Position numbers and translations under genes: made by a program | The notes under the pieces: generated by a model | Told to the model about the DNA's origin: nothing | Databases searched by the model: none | The model's input: the letters and a program-made list of their open reading frames with translations, nothing else | Source: a virus | Lineage: Duplodnaviria > Caudoviricetes | DNA length: 26,332 nt | Direction: 5' to 3' (one strand) | IMG/VR virus record: IMGVR_UViG_3300032136_000020 | Coordinates: 1-26,332 of that record | Shown here: positions 7,026 through 15,720 of the stretch, piece after piece | How the letters are laid out: every line of letters starts with the position of its first letter | How positions within the stretch are numbered: the first letter of the stretch is position 1

Positions 7026-7034
7026 TAGTATGCC
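7026..7034 (-). promoter_or_regulatory. Putative late promoter GGCATACTA
   Basis: ATAGGCATACTA, identical 12-mer to the copy at 8038-8049. Confidence 0.7.
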
Positions 7035-7047
7035 TATTGACTGTTTA

Positions 7048-7644
7048 CTACGAAGACGAAGGAGGGCCGCTACCTCCAGTCCAGGCGTCGAGCTGGTCTT
7101 CAACCTCCTGCACAGTGTCTCCGTAGAACCACCCAACTACACCCGACCTGAAATCATCATCGGCGCCGCAACCCAGTCCCACCGCTGTATTCATGAAAAG
7201 CACGTTATCTAAAACGCCATCTACGTAAGCAAAGACATACTGATTGCCAACGGTTGCGCCACCCCCCGTGCAGTTGGTGAGTCGCGTAATAGTCACCCCT
7301 CCACTGTATAAGGGTTGTTCCCCGCATGGATTGGTTTCGAATGAACTACCCCCCTCACAAGGGAGCTCTATAACGCCAGCAGTGTATGTCCTAAGCCTTC
7401 CAAGGCCGTCATAAGAGGGTTCGATATTTACTACAATGGAACTAGCACTCCTAAGGTTAGTCATGTTACTATACCCCCATGCTCCGATGTAGCTAGCCTC
7501 TGTGAAGCAGTCACATGCGGAGTCGTCAAAAGTGAGTCCCGAATAGCACGGGCTTTGCGGATCATAGGCCACCCCGTCGTTAACACCACCTACGCATCTC
7601 TCCTTAATGCTGCAATTGTCCATGTCCGCTGGCTTGACTGCCAT
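7048..7644 (-). CDS. Cys/Gly-rich putative tail-tip protein (198 aa)
   Basis: Likely start ATG 7644 (MAVKPADMDNC...), just after the upstream stop; 9 Cys. Confidence 0.7.
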   Translation of the reverse strand: MAVKPADMDNCSIKERCVGGVNDGVAYDPQSPCYSGLTFDDSACDCFTEASYIGAWGYSNMTNLRSASSIVVNIEPSYDGLGRLRTYTAGVIELPCEGGSSFETNPCGEQPLYSGGVTITRLTNCTGGGATVGNQYVFAYVDGVLDNVLFMNTAVGLGCGADDDFRSGVVGWFYGDTVQEVEDQLDAWTGGSGPPSSS

Positions 7645-7645
7645 C

Positions 7646-8017
7646 TCAGCGGCTCCATTTCTTCTTGGGACAAAGCGCGTTGGGGTCGCCGCCAATCCAG
7701 GTTTTGGCTTCCATGAAACAGCCGCATTCAGAACAACGCTTGCTGTCTTCAATAAAGAATGGGCAATTCTTGCACGTGTCGTAACGCTCGTTACGAATCT
7801 CTTCCGAGACCTTGCCATTTACAATAGCTTGGCCAACATTGCCGACAAGACCCCTGGCCATCTTGCCGAGACCCGCGTTGACTTTAGTGGCATGAACTGG
7901 TCTGGGGTTGGCAGCCTGCGATGTCGCCACGAGTTGCCTGTGACGGCTTTTTGGCCACGCAGAAACGGGGCCCGTTGGGGGGACCCCATCACAACTCAGC
8001 TCCTTGACGATGTCCAT
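7646..8017 (-). CDS. Cys-cluster protein, DUF6171-like (123 aa)
   Basis: ATG 8017; RYDTCKNCPF...RCSECGCFMEAKT...CPKKKW. Confidence 0.75.
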   Translation of the reverse strand: MDIVKELSCDGVPPTGPVSAWPKSRHRQLVATSQAANPRPVHATKVNAGLGKMARGLVGNVGQAIVNGKVSEEIRNERYDTCKNCPFFIEDSKRCSECGCFMEAKTWIGGDPNALCPKKKWSR

Positions 8018-8037
8018 ACCCAACGAAAACGCTGGGC

Positions 8038-8046
8038 TAGTATGCC
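8038..8046 (-). promoter_or_regulatory. Putative late promoter GGCATACTA
   Basis: Motif match followed by GCCCAGC, 20 nt upstream of ATG 8017. Confidence 0.7.
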
Positions 8047-8048
8047 TA

Positions 8049-8807
8049 TCAGTACGGAGCTGTTGGCGGCGTGAAATTAGCCGTATAGTGAGCAGTGCCG
8101 ACGTCATACCTAAACTCGTCAAGGTAACCAGCATTCGCCGTACCCTTGCTGCCAATCCACAAGTCTGGGCCAGCAAAGAAATCGGCTGAATTTGCCTGGT
8201 CGACTGTCGTTGTTTTTGTGCCATTCAGGTATAGGTTCATAACATTTGAAGCCCTGACTACGGCAACGTGATTCCAGGCGTCGCCCGTTGGGGTCCCTGT
8301 AAAGTACATAGTAGTAGCGCTCGTACCGTTGGTGCTGTAGTTAAACAAGAAAGAAGCAAAGTAGCTGTCCCATGTCACCCTCCACGCCAGGTCAGAGGCG
8401 GCTGTATCTCCCATTCCAGCAATGTTCACCGACCCAGATACCATTGCTGCGGTAAAGTAAATCCAGCAGTCCATGGTGAAATCCTGAGTGCCAATATCTA
8501 GGGCGGCGGCGTTGGCGATTGAAAGATAGTTGCCAGCAGACGCGCTAAAATAGGCAGATGCAGTGCCAAACTTCACCTGCGTAGTGCTGGTTTGGACGTT
8601 CGCTCCAACAACGCTAACCGTGTATCCATTAGCACCGCTATCTGTGAACGTCGTACCGCCGTTTGCACCATCCATGTGAAGCAGGACCGTGTCACTTGAT
8701 CCTGCGGGGGCTGGTTCCCACGCCAAAGTAGACCCAACGTAGATCTTGGATACGTCACTAGAGCCAACCTTAACCCCAGCAAATGCAGAACTTCCGGAGT
8801 ATCCCAT
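8049..8807 (-). CDS. LamG/concanavalin A-like lectin domain receptor-binding protein
   Basis: LLHMDGANGGTTFTDS, KFGTAS, DFTMDCWIY, WNHVAVVR, GYLDEFR, YTANFTPPTAP. Confidence 0.9.
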   Translation of the reverse strand: MGYSGSSAFAGVKVGSSDVSKIYVGSTLAWEPAPAGSSDTVLLHMDGANGGTTFTDSGANGYTVSVVGANVQTSTTQVKFGTASAYFSASAGNYLSIANAAALDIGTQDFTMDCWIYFTAAMVSGSVNIAGMGDTAASDLAWRVTWDSYFASFLFNYSTNGTSATTMYFTGTPTGDAWNHVAVVRASNVMNLYLNGTKTTTVDQANSADFFAGPDLWIGSKGTANAGYLDEFRYDVGTAHYTANFTPPTAPY

Positions 8808-9232
8808 TAGACGATGAAGTAAACGGTGTTAGCGTCAGGAGTACCCAACGCGTCGTAGTTTGCCTGAGAGATGGTTACGATGTTGTCGATGGCAGAGGAG
8901 CCAGACCCACCCTGCGTGACGTCGGAGTCCACTGGGGGAGTGCCAGACAGGTCGGAGTAGTCCAGCTGGGCATCCACCCAGGCGGATCCGTTGTAGCGGA
9001 GAACCTCGCCAGTGGTAGCGGAGGTCAGCGTAACATCACTCAGGTCACCGATAGAGGAAGCAGTTAGGTCTGCCCCCATAGCGACAAGGGCGCCGCCTTC
9101 AACCATGTATAGCTTATCTTCGTCCTTGGCGTATAGCAGCTCGCCCTCAAGTAGATCGCCCAGGTTCGCGGTCAGTGCACTCTTTAGGCCGCGAGCGACT
9201 CTTACTGGTACGCGGTTAGTAGGTACTGCCAC
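8807..9232 (-). CDS. Short tail fibre/adaptor protein
   Basis: GTG start; LEGEL..AKD..KLY N-terminal module, DLSDV...GEVLRYNGSAW, C-terminal ISQANYDALGTPDANTVYFI. Confidence 0.8.
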   Translation of the reverse strand: MAVPTNRVPVRVARGLKSALTANLGDLLEGELLYAKDEDKLYMVEGGALVAMGADLTASSIGDLSDVTLTSATTGEVLRYNGSAWVDAQLDYSDLSGTPPVDSDVTQGGSGSSAIDNIVTISQANYDALGTPDANTVYFIV

Positions 9233-9251
9233 GGATCAAATTCAGCTAGGC

Positions 9252-9260
9252 TAGTATTCC
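9252..9260 (-). promoter_or_regulatory. Putative late promoter GGAATACTA
   Basis: Motif match followed by GCCTAGC. Confidence 0.7.
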
Positions 9261-9715
9261 TAGGTGATCTCTCCCCCATCTGCGCCACCAGTAAATTCGA
9301 CTGGGTCGTCTGCAGTAGTAGTGTCTAGGTCCCCACCGCCATAGATCCCAAACGCAAAACCTGAGCCCACTGTTTCCGTGTCAAGATCTCCGCCATCGCC
9401 TCGACCAGCGGAGCCCCTTACGTTACCTGGCTCCCACTGATTGTTGGCATTAACCCATACAAGCGCCTGACCATCTGTTGGAGCAGTCGTTGAGGTGTCA
9501 ACGTCTGTTAACTCATCAACAGACTGAGCGCCGCCAACAATGACAACGTTCCCAGTGGAGTCGACAGTATAGATCTTCGCTTTACCGGCCTCCCGGCCGA
9601 TGACCAACTCGCCTTGCTGGATTTCATCCGTTCCGCCAGAACCGATGGCCGACTCAATCGCAGCCTGGGCATCCGTGGAGTTTTTAAGGATAATCCTGTC
9701 AGGAAAAACTGCCAC
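9260..9715 (-). CDS. Short tail fibre-like protein
   Basis: GTG start; QQGELVI, ELTDVD...PTDGQALVW...QWEPG, two GGDLDT repeats. Confidence 0.8.
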   Translation of the reverse strand: MAVFPDRIILKNSTDAQAAIESAIGSGGTDEIQQGELVIGREAGKAKIYTVDSTGNVVIVGGAQSVDELTDVDTSTTAPTDGQALVWVNANNQWEPGNVRGSAGRGDGGDLDTETVGSGFAFGIYGGGDLDTTTADDPVEFTGGADGGEIT

Positions 9716-9734
9716 GGCGACACGAAAGCTAGAC

Positions 9735-9743
9735 TAGGATACC
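9735..9743 (-). promoter_or_regulatory. Putative late promoter GGTATCCTA
   Basis: Motif match followed by GTCTAGC. Confidence 0.7.
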
Positions 9744-9928
9744 CAGGGTCTAAAGACTCATGCAGATCCTGTCGGTGATCACGCTCGACAAAAAAAGTCG
9801 GGAACGAGGCGCTAGGACAGGGGGAGAGACAGTCGCATGTGTTGTCGGCGAATGCCATAAGGGTCGGCCCCGCAGTATTGCTATTCAGGGCAGCGATCAT
9901 CAGGGGCGCCTGGGCAGCAGATGCCGTC

Positions 9929-11110
9929 TCAGCTGGAGCAGCTCGGATCGGGAGAGCATTTACCATTAGCACCGCAAAGCTGACAGTTGGGGCAGTCATT
10001 ATGGCAGTTGCAGTCGGGCTCTTTACACGTTGACGACACACCGCTCACGTCGCAATCGTAATACAACAGGCAACCTTCGCCACCCGCCTCGATACATCCA
10101 GAGGCGGTGTTGCGATGACCCGGCTCGTTCGGAGGCAGATCAGGGCAGCTGCCTGGCTGGCAGAGTGTCTTAGGTTCGCAGTCACCCTCGCAGGGGCCCT
10201 GCGGAGCCCCTCCAGGGCCAGAGGACGGGCAAAGATTCTGACAGTCTTGCTCCAGCAAGTCTTGGCACTTGTTCGTCAGTGACAAGCCATCGGTTCCGAG
10301 CGGCTGGCAGCACGTCTTGCTAATGGTCTCTCCATCGCTGCAGTTTTCGCATTCATAGTTATAGATAGTAACGCACTCCTGGCAGCTGCTTGAATCAGGT
10401 ACAACCGTGCCATTCTCATCACACCTGTGGCAGTCGGGAATGGGTTCATTTTTGCAATGACATGGGCTTCCAGACTGGAGGGGTCTGCAAATACCGCTAG
10501 CCGACACAAACTGCTCGTCGCAGTAACTGCACTCGTCGCAGACCAGGCCGTTACAGCCCTCGGCAGTCGTGCCAGTGGAGGCGCCATAGGCCGTACAAAA
10601 GGTGCTGCAGCCAATCTGCGGGGGCGGCTCACAAAAGCAATTCACGGTGCCAAACGCATCATAACGGCATTGACGCGAACCCTGGGGGCAGTCGCTGTCC
10701 AGACTGCCGCCACACTCTGTCAAGGAGCAGCCAGTAACGGTGCAGCCGTCGTCCCCGTAGACGGGCGTCCAAGCAAAGGACTTGTAGACGGTGCCGTTTG
10801 CGGTACCTTGCTGGCTTACCGCATCACCCGAGGCAAGAATTGCGCCAGTCTGAAGGTCGCGAATCTGAACGCTGTTTCCGCCGCAACCGCCACCACCAGT
10901 GCCCTCTCCGCAAGTGCCGCCAGTCGAGCTCTGCTGTGAACTCTTTTGCACGCACCGACCGCCCACGCAGGCGTAGCCAGATGCGCAGTCTCGAGAGCCT
11001 CGGCAGGCGGTACCACCAAAAGCCGTATTAAAGTTGCCAGTATTTAGAAAGCCGCTAGCGGCCTGCTGACGAGTAGTGCGACCACCAAAGCCCCAGTTAC
11101 CCCAGCTCAT
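9929..11110 (-). CDS. Very Cys-rich protein (48 Cys in 393 aa), putative tail-tip component
   Basis: Long ORF within the tail module; CxxxxxCxxxxxCxxxxC units at both ends. Confidence 0.85.
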   Translation of the reverse strand: MSWGNWGFGGRTTRQQAASGFLNTGNFNTAFGGTACRGSRDCASGYACVGGRCVQKSSQQSSTGGTCGEGTGGGGCGGNSVQIRDLQTGAILASGDAVSQQGTANGTVYKSFAWTPVYGDDGCTVTGCSLTECGGSLDSDCPQGSRQCRYDAFGTVNCFCEPPPQIGCSTFCTAYGASTGTTAEGCNGLVCDECSYCDEQFVSASGICRPLQSGSPCHCKNEPIPDCHRCDENGTVVPDSSSCQECVTIYNYECENCSDGETISKTCCQPLGTDGLSLTNKCQDLLEQDCQNLCPSSGPGGAPQGPCEGDCEPKTLCQPGSCPDLPPNEPGHRNTASGCIEAGGEGCLLYYDCDVSGVSSTCKEPDCNCHNDCPNCQLCGANGKCSPDPSCSS

Positions 11111-11128
11111 TTCGGCAAGTCAGCTGGA

Positions 11129-11470
11129 CTAGGATGCCAAGGGGTTGTAAAACCCTGCGTTAGGATCATAAGGCTTGCCCGTATTGACATCAATTAACAA
11201 AGAAGCGAAATTCACCTTCTTCCAGGTCGATAAGGTATCGGCAATAAAGAGCTCAACCTGATTGGGATAGCTGGGATTTTGGTGTGCTGCAATTTGACCG
11301 ACGCAGCTTGGGGTGGTGGACTCAACTGCACCACCCGGAATTGCGTATGAAGAGACCGTTGCAGGGTTGACAGGAAATATAGTTACACAAGCTGGAGGCA
11401 GAACCTTCCGCCCGCCTACTCCGTCCCGTTTAGCGGATCCGATAACAAGTCTGGCAGGCTCAATACTCAT
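11129..11470 (-). CDS. Hypothetical tail-associated protein
   Basis: ATGA-coupled ORF in the tail operon. Confidence 0.75.
   Translation of the reverse strand: MSIEPARLVIGSAKRDGVGGRKVLPPACVTIFPVNPATVSSYAIPGGAVESTTPSCVGQIAAHQNPSYPNQVELFIADTLSTWKKVNFASLLIDVNTGKPYDPNAGFYNPLAS
11130..11138 (-). promoter_or_regulatory. Putative late promoter GGCATCCTA
   Basis: Overlaps the upstream TAG stop; followed by GTCCAGC. Confidence 0.7.
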
Positions 11471-11682
11471 TGGACGACTTTAAGAAAACGGTTACCAGCA
11501 CCGTTGACAATATACAACTCAAACCGGCTAGTGGAACCATTGTACCAAGCCACTAACTGGCCAGGCGGCCTGGATGGCGTGAAAACCTGACCAGCGCTGG
11601 GCTGAGACGATAAAATTTCTACCGCAAAGACGGGAGCATCCTGAATGCTCTGACTTGCGATAGCGGAAGGATTGATTGCCAT
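11467..11682 (-). CDS. Small tail-associated protein (71 aa)
   Basis: Likely start ATG 11682 (MAINPSAIAS...), just after the upstream stop. Confidence 0.75.
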   Translation of the reverse strand: MAINPSAIASQSIQDAPVFAVEILSSQPSAGQVFTPSRPPGQLVAWYNGSTSRFELYIVNGAGNRFLKVVQ

Positions 11683-11683
11683 T

Positions 11684-11947
11684 TTACCACTTGCTGTAGT
11701 ACACGCCCTTTGCGAAGGACAATTCGACGGCCGCACCCGCAGGTATAGAGGTAAAGCCGATGGGCTTGGTCACGTAGTTCTTGGATTTGTACTCCACAAT
11801 ACCCGCACCAGTGGGGTCAAGCTTAACCCAGCGGCCAGTCACACTGCCCTCGAAGTCGCCCTCAATCAGCTGGTTTGACTCAATGCGCTCCAGGTCGACA
11901 AGGCGCTGAGCGTCGGAAATTCGCAGTATGTCGTCAAGGAGTGCCAT
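11684..11947 (-). CDS. Small tail-tip protein, possible OB-like fold
   Basis: Coupled ORF, beta-rich C-terminal half. Confidence 0.75.
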   Translation of the reverse strand: MALLDDILRISDAQRLVDLERIESNQLIEGDFEGSVTGRWVKLDPTGAGIVEYKSKNYVTKPIGFTSIPAGAAVELSFAKGVYYSKW

Positions 11948-12675
11948 CAGACTGAGTAGTAGCCGAACTGCTTGAGATTCCAGTAAAAGACCGTCTCGTT
12001 ACCACCGGTAAGGTTGACGGTGTTCGGAGTCTGAGCCACCGACAAAAGTTGCTCAGAGCTGCTGTAGACGGTGCTTACGGTCGTCGTAATGTCTCCAGCG
12101 GAGGCGGCGACCGCACCGGCCGCAACCAGGACAGCTTCCTGGATCTGAATTGAGTCAGACGCAGCGTAGCCGTAGCCAGCCTGCTTGATCGTCAAGGCGT
12201 AATCGATAGTGGCGGCACCAGAGTTGGTGATCGTCAGGTCGACGGTCAAGCCAGCACCAGAACCACCTGTAACCGCGGGCAGGTCGGTGTAAGTGCCATT
12301 AACACCAGCAGAGGGAGCTCCGCTGTTGGCCGCCAGTGCGGTGATATTGCCGTTACCCTCCACCAGAGCCACATGAGAAAAGGAGAGCGCGGTTCCGCCG
12401 CCGTCGTGCGCGAAAACAGTCGCCTTAGTGGCCAATGCTACACCATCGTCACTGTAGGCACTTACATCGCCGCCAGCATAAGAGATGACTTGGCGAGTAT
12501 ATCCGCCAGTACCGGCAACAACTTCATTGGTCAAAAACGTAGCGTCACTGGTCGTGCCAGGGATGTAGCTCGTACCAGGAGCGTTAATCAGCCGCGCTTC
12601 GTAGTATTTGCCCACAAAACGGTTCGTAACCTGTGCCGTTAGCTCGGCGGGTGAGATTTTAGCAGCAATCGCCAT
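11947..12675 (-). CDS. Minor tail/baseplate protein
   Basis: Ala/Gly/Thr-rich; EV..GTGGYTRQ, NGTYTDLP..GGSGAGLTVDLT, AGYGY. Confidence 0.8.
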   Translation of the reverse strand: MAIAAKISPAELTAQVTNRFVGKYYEARLINAPGTSYIPGTTSDATFLTNEVVAGTGGYTRQVISYAGGDVSAYSDDGVALATKATVFAHDGGGTALSFSHVALVEGNGNITALAANSGAPSAGVNGTYTDLPAVTGGSGAGLTVDLTITNSGAATIDYALTIKQAGYGYAASDSIQIQEAVLVAAGAVAASAGDITTTVSTVYSSSEQLLSVAQTPNTVNLTGGNETVFYWNLKQFGYYSV

Positions 12676-12697
12676 AGCACGTCATCAGAGTCGTCCG

Positions 12698-12706
12698 TAG
12701 GATTCC
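12698..12706 (-). promoter_or_regulatory. Putative late promoter GGAATCCTA
   Basis: Intergenic motif match (ATAGGAATCCTA). Confidence 0.7.
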
Positions 12707-12708
12707 TA

Positions 12709-14916
12709 TCAGGCAAAGATGTCAGCATCGACCACAGTCGCGTTGGTAGTGATCACGTTCCCAAGGTAATCAGTGGGGATCTGACCGTTCGGCTCAAGAG
12801 CAAGCACGTCACCAGCAGTGACAATGATCCCGCCAACAAAGCAGGTAAAGGCTTCCTTTATCTCAACCGTCTCCTGAGCGGGAACCGGAGGGGCAGGATT
12901 GGTGAAGGTCATCAATGCCTGCGTCATGAAATGAACGTCAACATTGAAGAGAAAGCTACCAGAGTCAACAGAAGTTTCCTCGCTAACAGAAGGAGGCAGA
13001 ATAGGGTCGGGAGGCGGGCCCTCGGGTATCTCTCCGCCAATAGTGTTACTAGGAACGGTTACGGTGCCGTTAGAGGTACCAATCCAAACACCATTAGTTA
13101 CAACAACAGATCCTTCTTCGCTTACGCCCCACTGACATGCGTCCATGCGCATAGCCATTAGTACGCCCTTGGTGGAGTCGTAGTAACGAAATGGATGGCC
13201 AGGATTCCAGCCATCGGCAATCTCTTCGCGCAAGGCTTCACCGAGCTGAATACTGTAGGCCTCGCCCTTGGTCCAGGCCTTAATATAGGCTGAGTACTTT
13301 TCCACAATATCATCGATGGCCTCCTGTGTGTCAAACAGCAAAGGGACTGGGATAGATTCTTTGGCGATGTAGGGACCAGACTCTTCGGGCGGCTCCGTGT
13401 AAATGTCCTCGTACAGTAGCAAGGTGAGGAATTTATCAATCGTTGCAGTAGTAGCAGTATTCACCATGTCAGGAATCAATGGATTAGTACTAATCGTGGT
13501 CGAGATCCGACGCTCGAAAGTTTTAATACCATTGAGTGCATCAATGTCACCCGAAATCCCAGAGCCCCTAGCGGTAATGCTAGTATAGGTAGTAGTTTCT
13601 TGAGTGTTGGAGTTGTTGGCGTAAGTGTACTCGGTAATAACTCTGTTTACGCGATACATTTCAGTTAAGCTCAGCGTCTGAAAGTCCTGGGCGACACCGT
13701 TCACGACACCAGAGCGCCAGTTAAAAGGCTGAGCGCCAGACAGAGTCGTATTGTAAGTGTCCGTCACAGTCTTGACCAGCTCGTTAGCCTCACCGTAGTA
13801 ATTCAACTGCTCGGTATAACTTAGCACAATTTCATTCATGCCCTCAGTTTCACATCCACCGTTAGGCTGGCAAGCAGTAGCCCAGGTGTAACGGCAATAA
13901 GCGAATTTATCCGCAAAGTACTGCTGGTTGGCTTCTAGGGCCGGACCACGAACTTCGGAGTAAACCCGCGAAACCTGGCCAGCGGGGCCATTGTACTCAG
14001 TTTGACGGTCTTCGTAACGCCAAGCGGGTAAGATCAAAGGCGTCTGCTTGGTCTCATAGCCCTCGTTGCAAGAGGGAGTGCCGTTGTCGTCGGGCTGATC
14101 TGGCGTGTTGCCGCAAGAGCTTGTTTGACCGGTAGAGGCCACTGCGGTCTGGGTTCCAGTAATACTGGTTAATGTCCCATCGTTTACGCGCTCGTAAACG
14201 ACAGCAGGGTATGTCAGGTAGTAGTAAGACTCAGTCTCGGTCAGGTCAATCTTACCAGTTTGGTCACTGGCCACATCGTCGGCGGGAACCTGGTAGGTAA
14301 GCTCAATTTGGTCAGGGATAGGTCGGGTACCGGCCAATGGAGCTGCACTCAAAGCCGTGACACCAAGAACGGAAACCCATTCACCAGCGTCTACTCCAGC
14401 AGTACTGTCGCCGCCGAAAAAGGTGCCCACCACGAAGTCGCCCTGATTGTCCTGGAACAGGTACTTTCCAGCTGAGGCGAAAGATGCAGAAACGTTGGAG
14501 TACGTTCGCTGAGCAACGTCCAGCGGGATCGGGGCCAGACCTATGAGCTCATCAATCTCTTCAGTTAGCGCGGCTAGGGCCAAACGGCAACCAAGCTCAA
14601 TCTCAAGCTGGTTACTCTGCGGGTTGTAGCTGGTGCCGATGATATACAGCCAGCCACGCGGGTGAGTAGCTACCGTGCCGCTAGGATAACTCATCCGAAT
14701 GACAACAAGCACGCCGCGCTTGAAATTATTCCTGTCGTAATCTTCGACGTTATAGCCGCCGGGCTTTTGACCCAGGATAAGAGTGCCAGTCGTAGCAATT
14801 AAGCCTTGCTTTTGCGCGGAAGAGTCAGAGCAGGTCCAGCTGATGAGAGAGTCAGTGTAGTTAACGCCGTCAATAGTCAGTGAATGGAGCCGTGATTGAT
14901 TAACGAGGTATGCCAT
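12709..14916 (-). CDS. Large tail tip/baseplate hub-like protein
   Basis: 735 aa, Thr/Tyr-rich and acidic; follows TMP and the distal-tail-like gene (synteny). Confidence 0.75.
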   Translation of the reverse strand: MAYLVNQSRLHSLTIDGVNYTDSLISWTCSDSSAQKQGLIATTGTLILGQKPGGYNVEDYDRNNFKRGVLVVIRMSYPSGTVATHPRGWLYIIGTSYNPQSNQLEIELGCRLALAALTEEIDELIGLAPIPLDVAQRTYSNVSASFASAGKYLFQDNQGDFVVGTFFGGDSTAGVDAGEWVSVLGVTALSAAPLAGTRPIPDQIELTYQVPADDVASDQTGKIDLTETESYYYLTYPAVVYERVNDGTLTSITGTQTAVASTGQTSSCGNTPDQPDDNGTPSCNEGYETKQTPLILPAWRYEDRQTEYNGPAGQVSRVYSEVRGPALEANQQYFADKFAYCRYTWATACQPNGGCETEGMNEIVLSYTEQLNYYGEANELVKTVTDTYNTTLSGAQPFNWRSGVVNGVAQDFQTLSLTEMYRVNRVITEYTYANNSNTQETTTYTSITARGSGISGDIDALNGIKTFERRISTTISTNPLIPDMVNTATTATIDKFLTLLLYEDIYTEPPEESGPYIAKESIPVPLLFDTQEAIDDIVEKYSAYIKAWTKGEAYSIQLGEALREEIADGWNPGHPFRYYDSTKGVLMAMRMDACQWGVSEEGSVVVTNGVWIGTSNGTVTVPSNTIGGEIPEGPPPDPILPPSVSEETSVDSGSFLFNVDVHFMTQALMTFTNPAPPVPAQETVEIKEAFTCFVGGIIVTAGDVLALEPNGQIPTDYLGNVITTNATVVDADIFA

Positions 14917-14919
14917 CTA

Positions 14920-15321
14920 TCAAACCTCCGACAGGCCGAAAGCGACCATCATGTGGGTTGGGCTCATGCGAGTATAAGTTGGATTAGTGCTAAAAATTGC
15001 AGAACCATTGACCGTACCACCAAAGGTCGAGTCCTCAACCGTCACCGCAGCTGCCAAGCCATTGGAGCGGTCGGCGTCCCACGCCTGAAACATGACGTCA
15101 AAGCTTGCAGCATCCGCCGTGGTCATCGGGCTCGAAACCGCCCAGATATACTTCTGACGGTAAGGTGCTCCAGCAATAATTGAAGCACCGTTAGCTGACT
15201 GACTAAAAGTCGCACCAGCCTGGTATGCCCTGGGTAGCTCAGCTCCAGAGAACTCAGAGAACGTAAAGCTGTAGTTCGGAGACCCCGCGTTTGGCGTGTA
15301 TGAAACTGTTATCGTCGACAT
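14920..15321 (-). CDS. Distal tail-like protein
   Basis: 133 aa beta-rich (..KYIWAVS..F..MF.AW) between TMP and hub; synteny. Confidence 0.65.
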   Translation of the reverse strand: MSTITVSYTPNAGSPNYSFTFSEFSGAELPRAYQAGATFSQSANGASIIAGAPYRQKYIWAVSSPMTTADAASFDVMFQAWDADRSNGLAAAVTVEDSTFGGTVNGSAIFSTNPTYTRMSPTHMMVAFGLSEV

Positions 15322-15342
15322 CAGAATGCGGGCCTGGCTGGA

Positions 15343-15720
15343 TTAGTTTGCCGACAGCTCTTCTAGCGACACGCCACTCGCCAGCAGTTTATATTTTGCA
15401 ATGTTGTCCTCGTCGTAGCCACTCAGCCATATGATCCTTCCTGGCACTGTTCCCAGTACCCGGCCCCTGAACATATCGTCAACGGCCGCGAGAGCCTCGA
15501 ATACGGCGTCGTGACGGGCCAGAAGCACGTCTAGGGTGCCATCCTCCGCACCGGCGTCCAGAGCGGCCTCATAGGCCATCCTCGCGTAAGCCAGCGCATT
15601 CCGCAAATCCTGCACCGACATCTCGTCGGCGTGCACGTCGGGCAAAAGGGGCCCCTTCATGGAAAGAGCCCCGTCGAGGAACAGGTTGGCGTTGTCTTCA
15701 GCGGTTCCGAAGTTGAACAT
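15343..15720 (-). CDS. Hypothetical helical acidic protein
   Basis: TAATG-coupled to the TMP stop. Confidence 0.7.
   Translation of the reverse strand: MFNFGTAEDNANLFLDGALSMKGPLLPDVHADEMSVQDLRNALAYARMAYEAALDAGAEDGTLDVLLARHDAVFEALAAVDDMFRGRVLGTVPGRIIWLSGYDEDNIAKYKLLASGVSLEELSAN
15344..15352 (-). promoter_or_regulatory. Putative late promoter GGCAAACTA
   Basis: Overlaps the upstream TAA; followed by ATCCAGC. Confidence 0.7.

Noticed and set aside
5275-7126. Long + strand ORFs opposite MCP and scaffold (also 18646..19305 opposite the major tail gene)
   Set aside because: Expected from strong codon bias on the coding strand; no recognisable motifs.
7645-8224. Long overlapping starts for ORFs 7048..7818 and 7646..8224
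   Set aside because: Internal ATGs at 7644 and 8017 give non-overlapping genes that fit the spacing and promoter motif.
9929-9931. Selenocysteine or genome-wide stop recoding
   Set aside because: TGA, TAG and TAA all act as normal stops across the window; no convincing SECIS.
7048-11110. Diversity-generating retroelement acting on fibre genes
   Set aside because: No reverse transcriptase and no adenine-variable TR/VR pair seen by eye.
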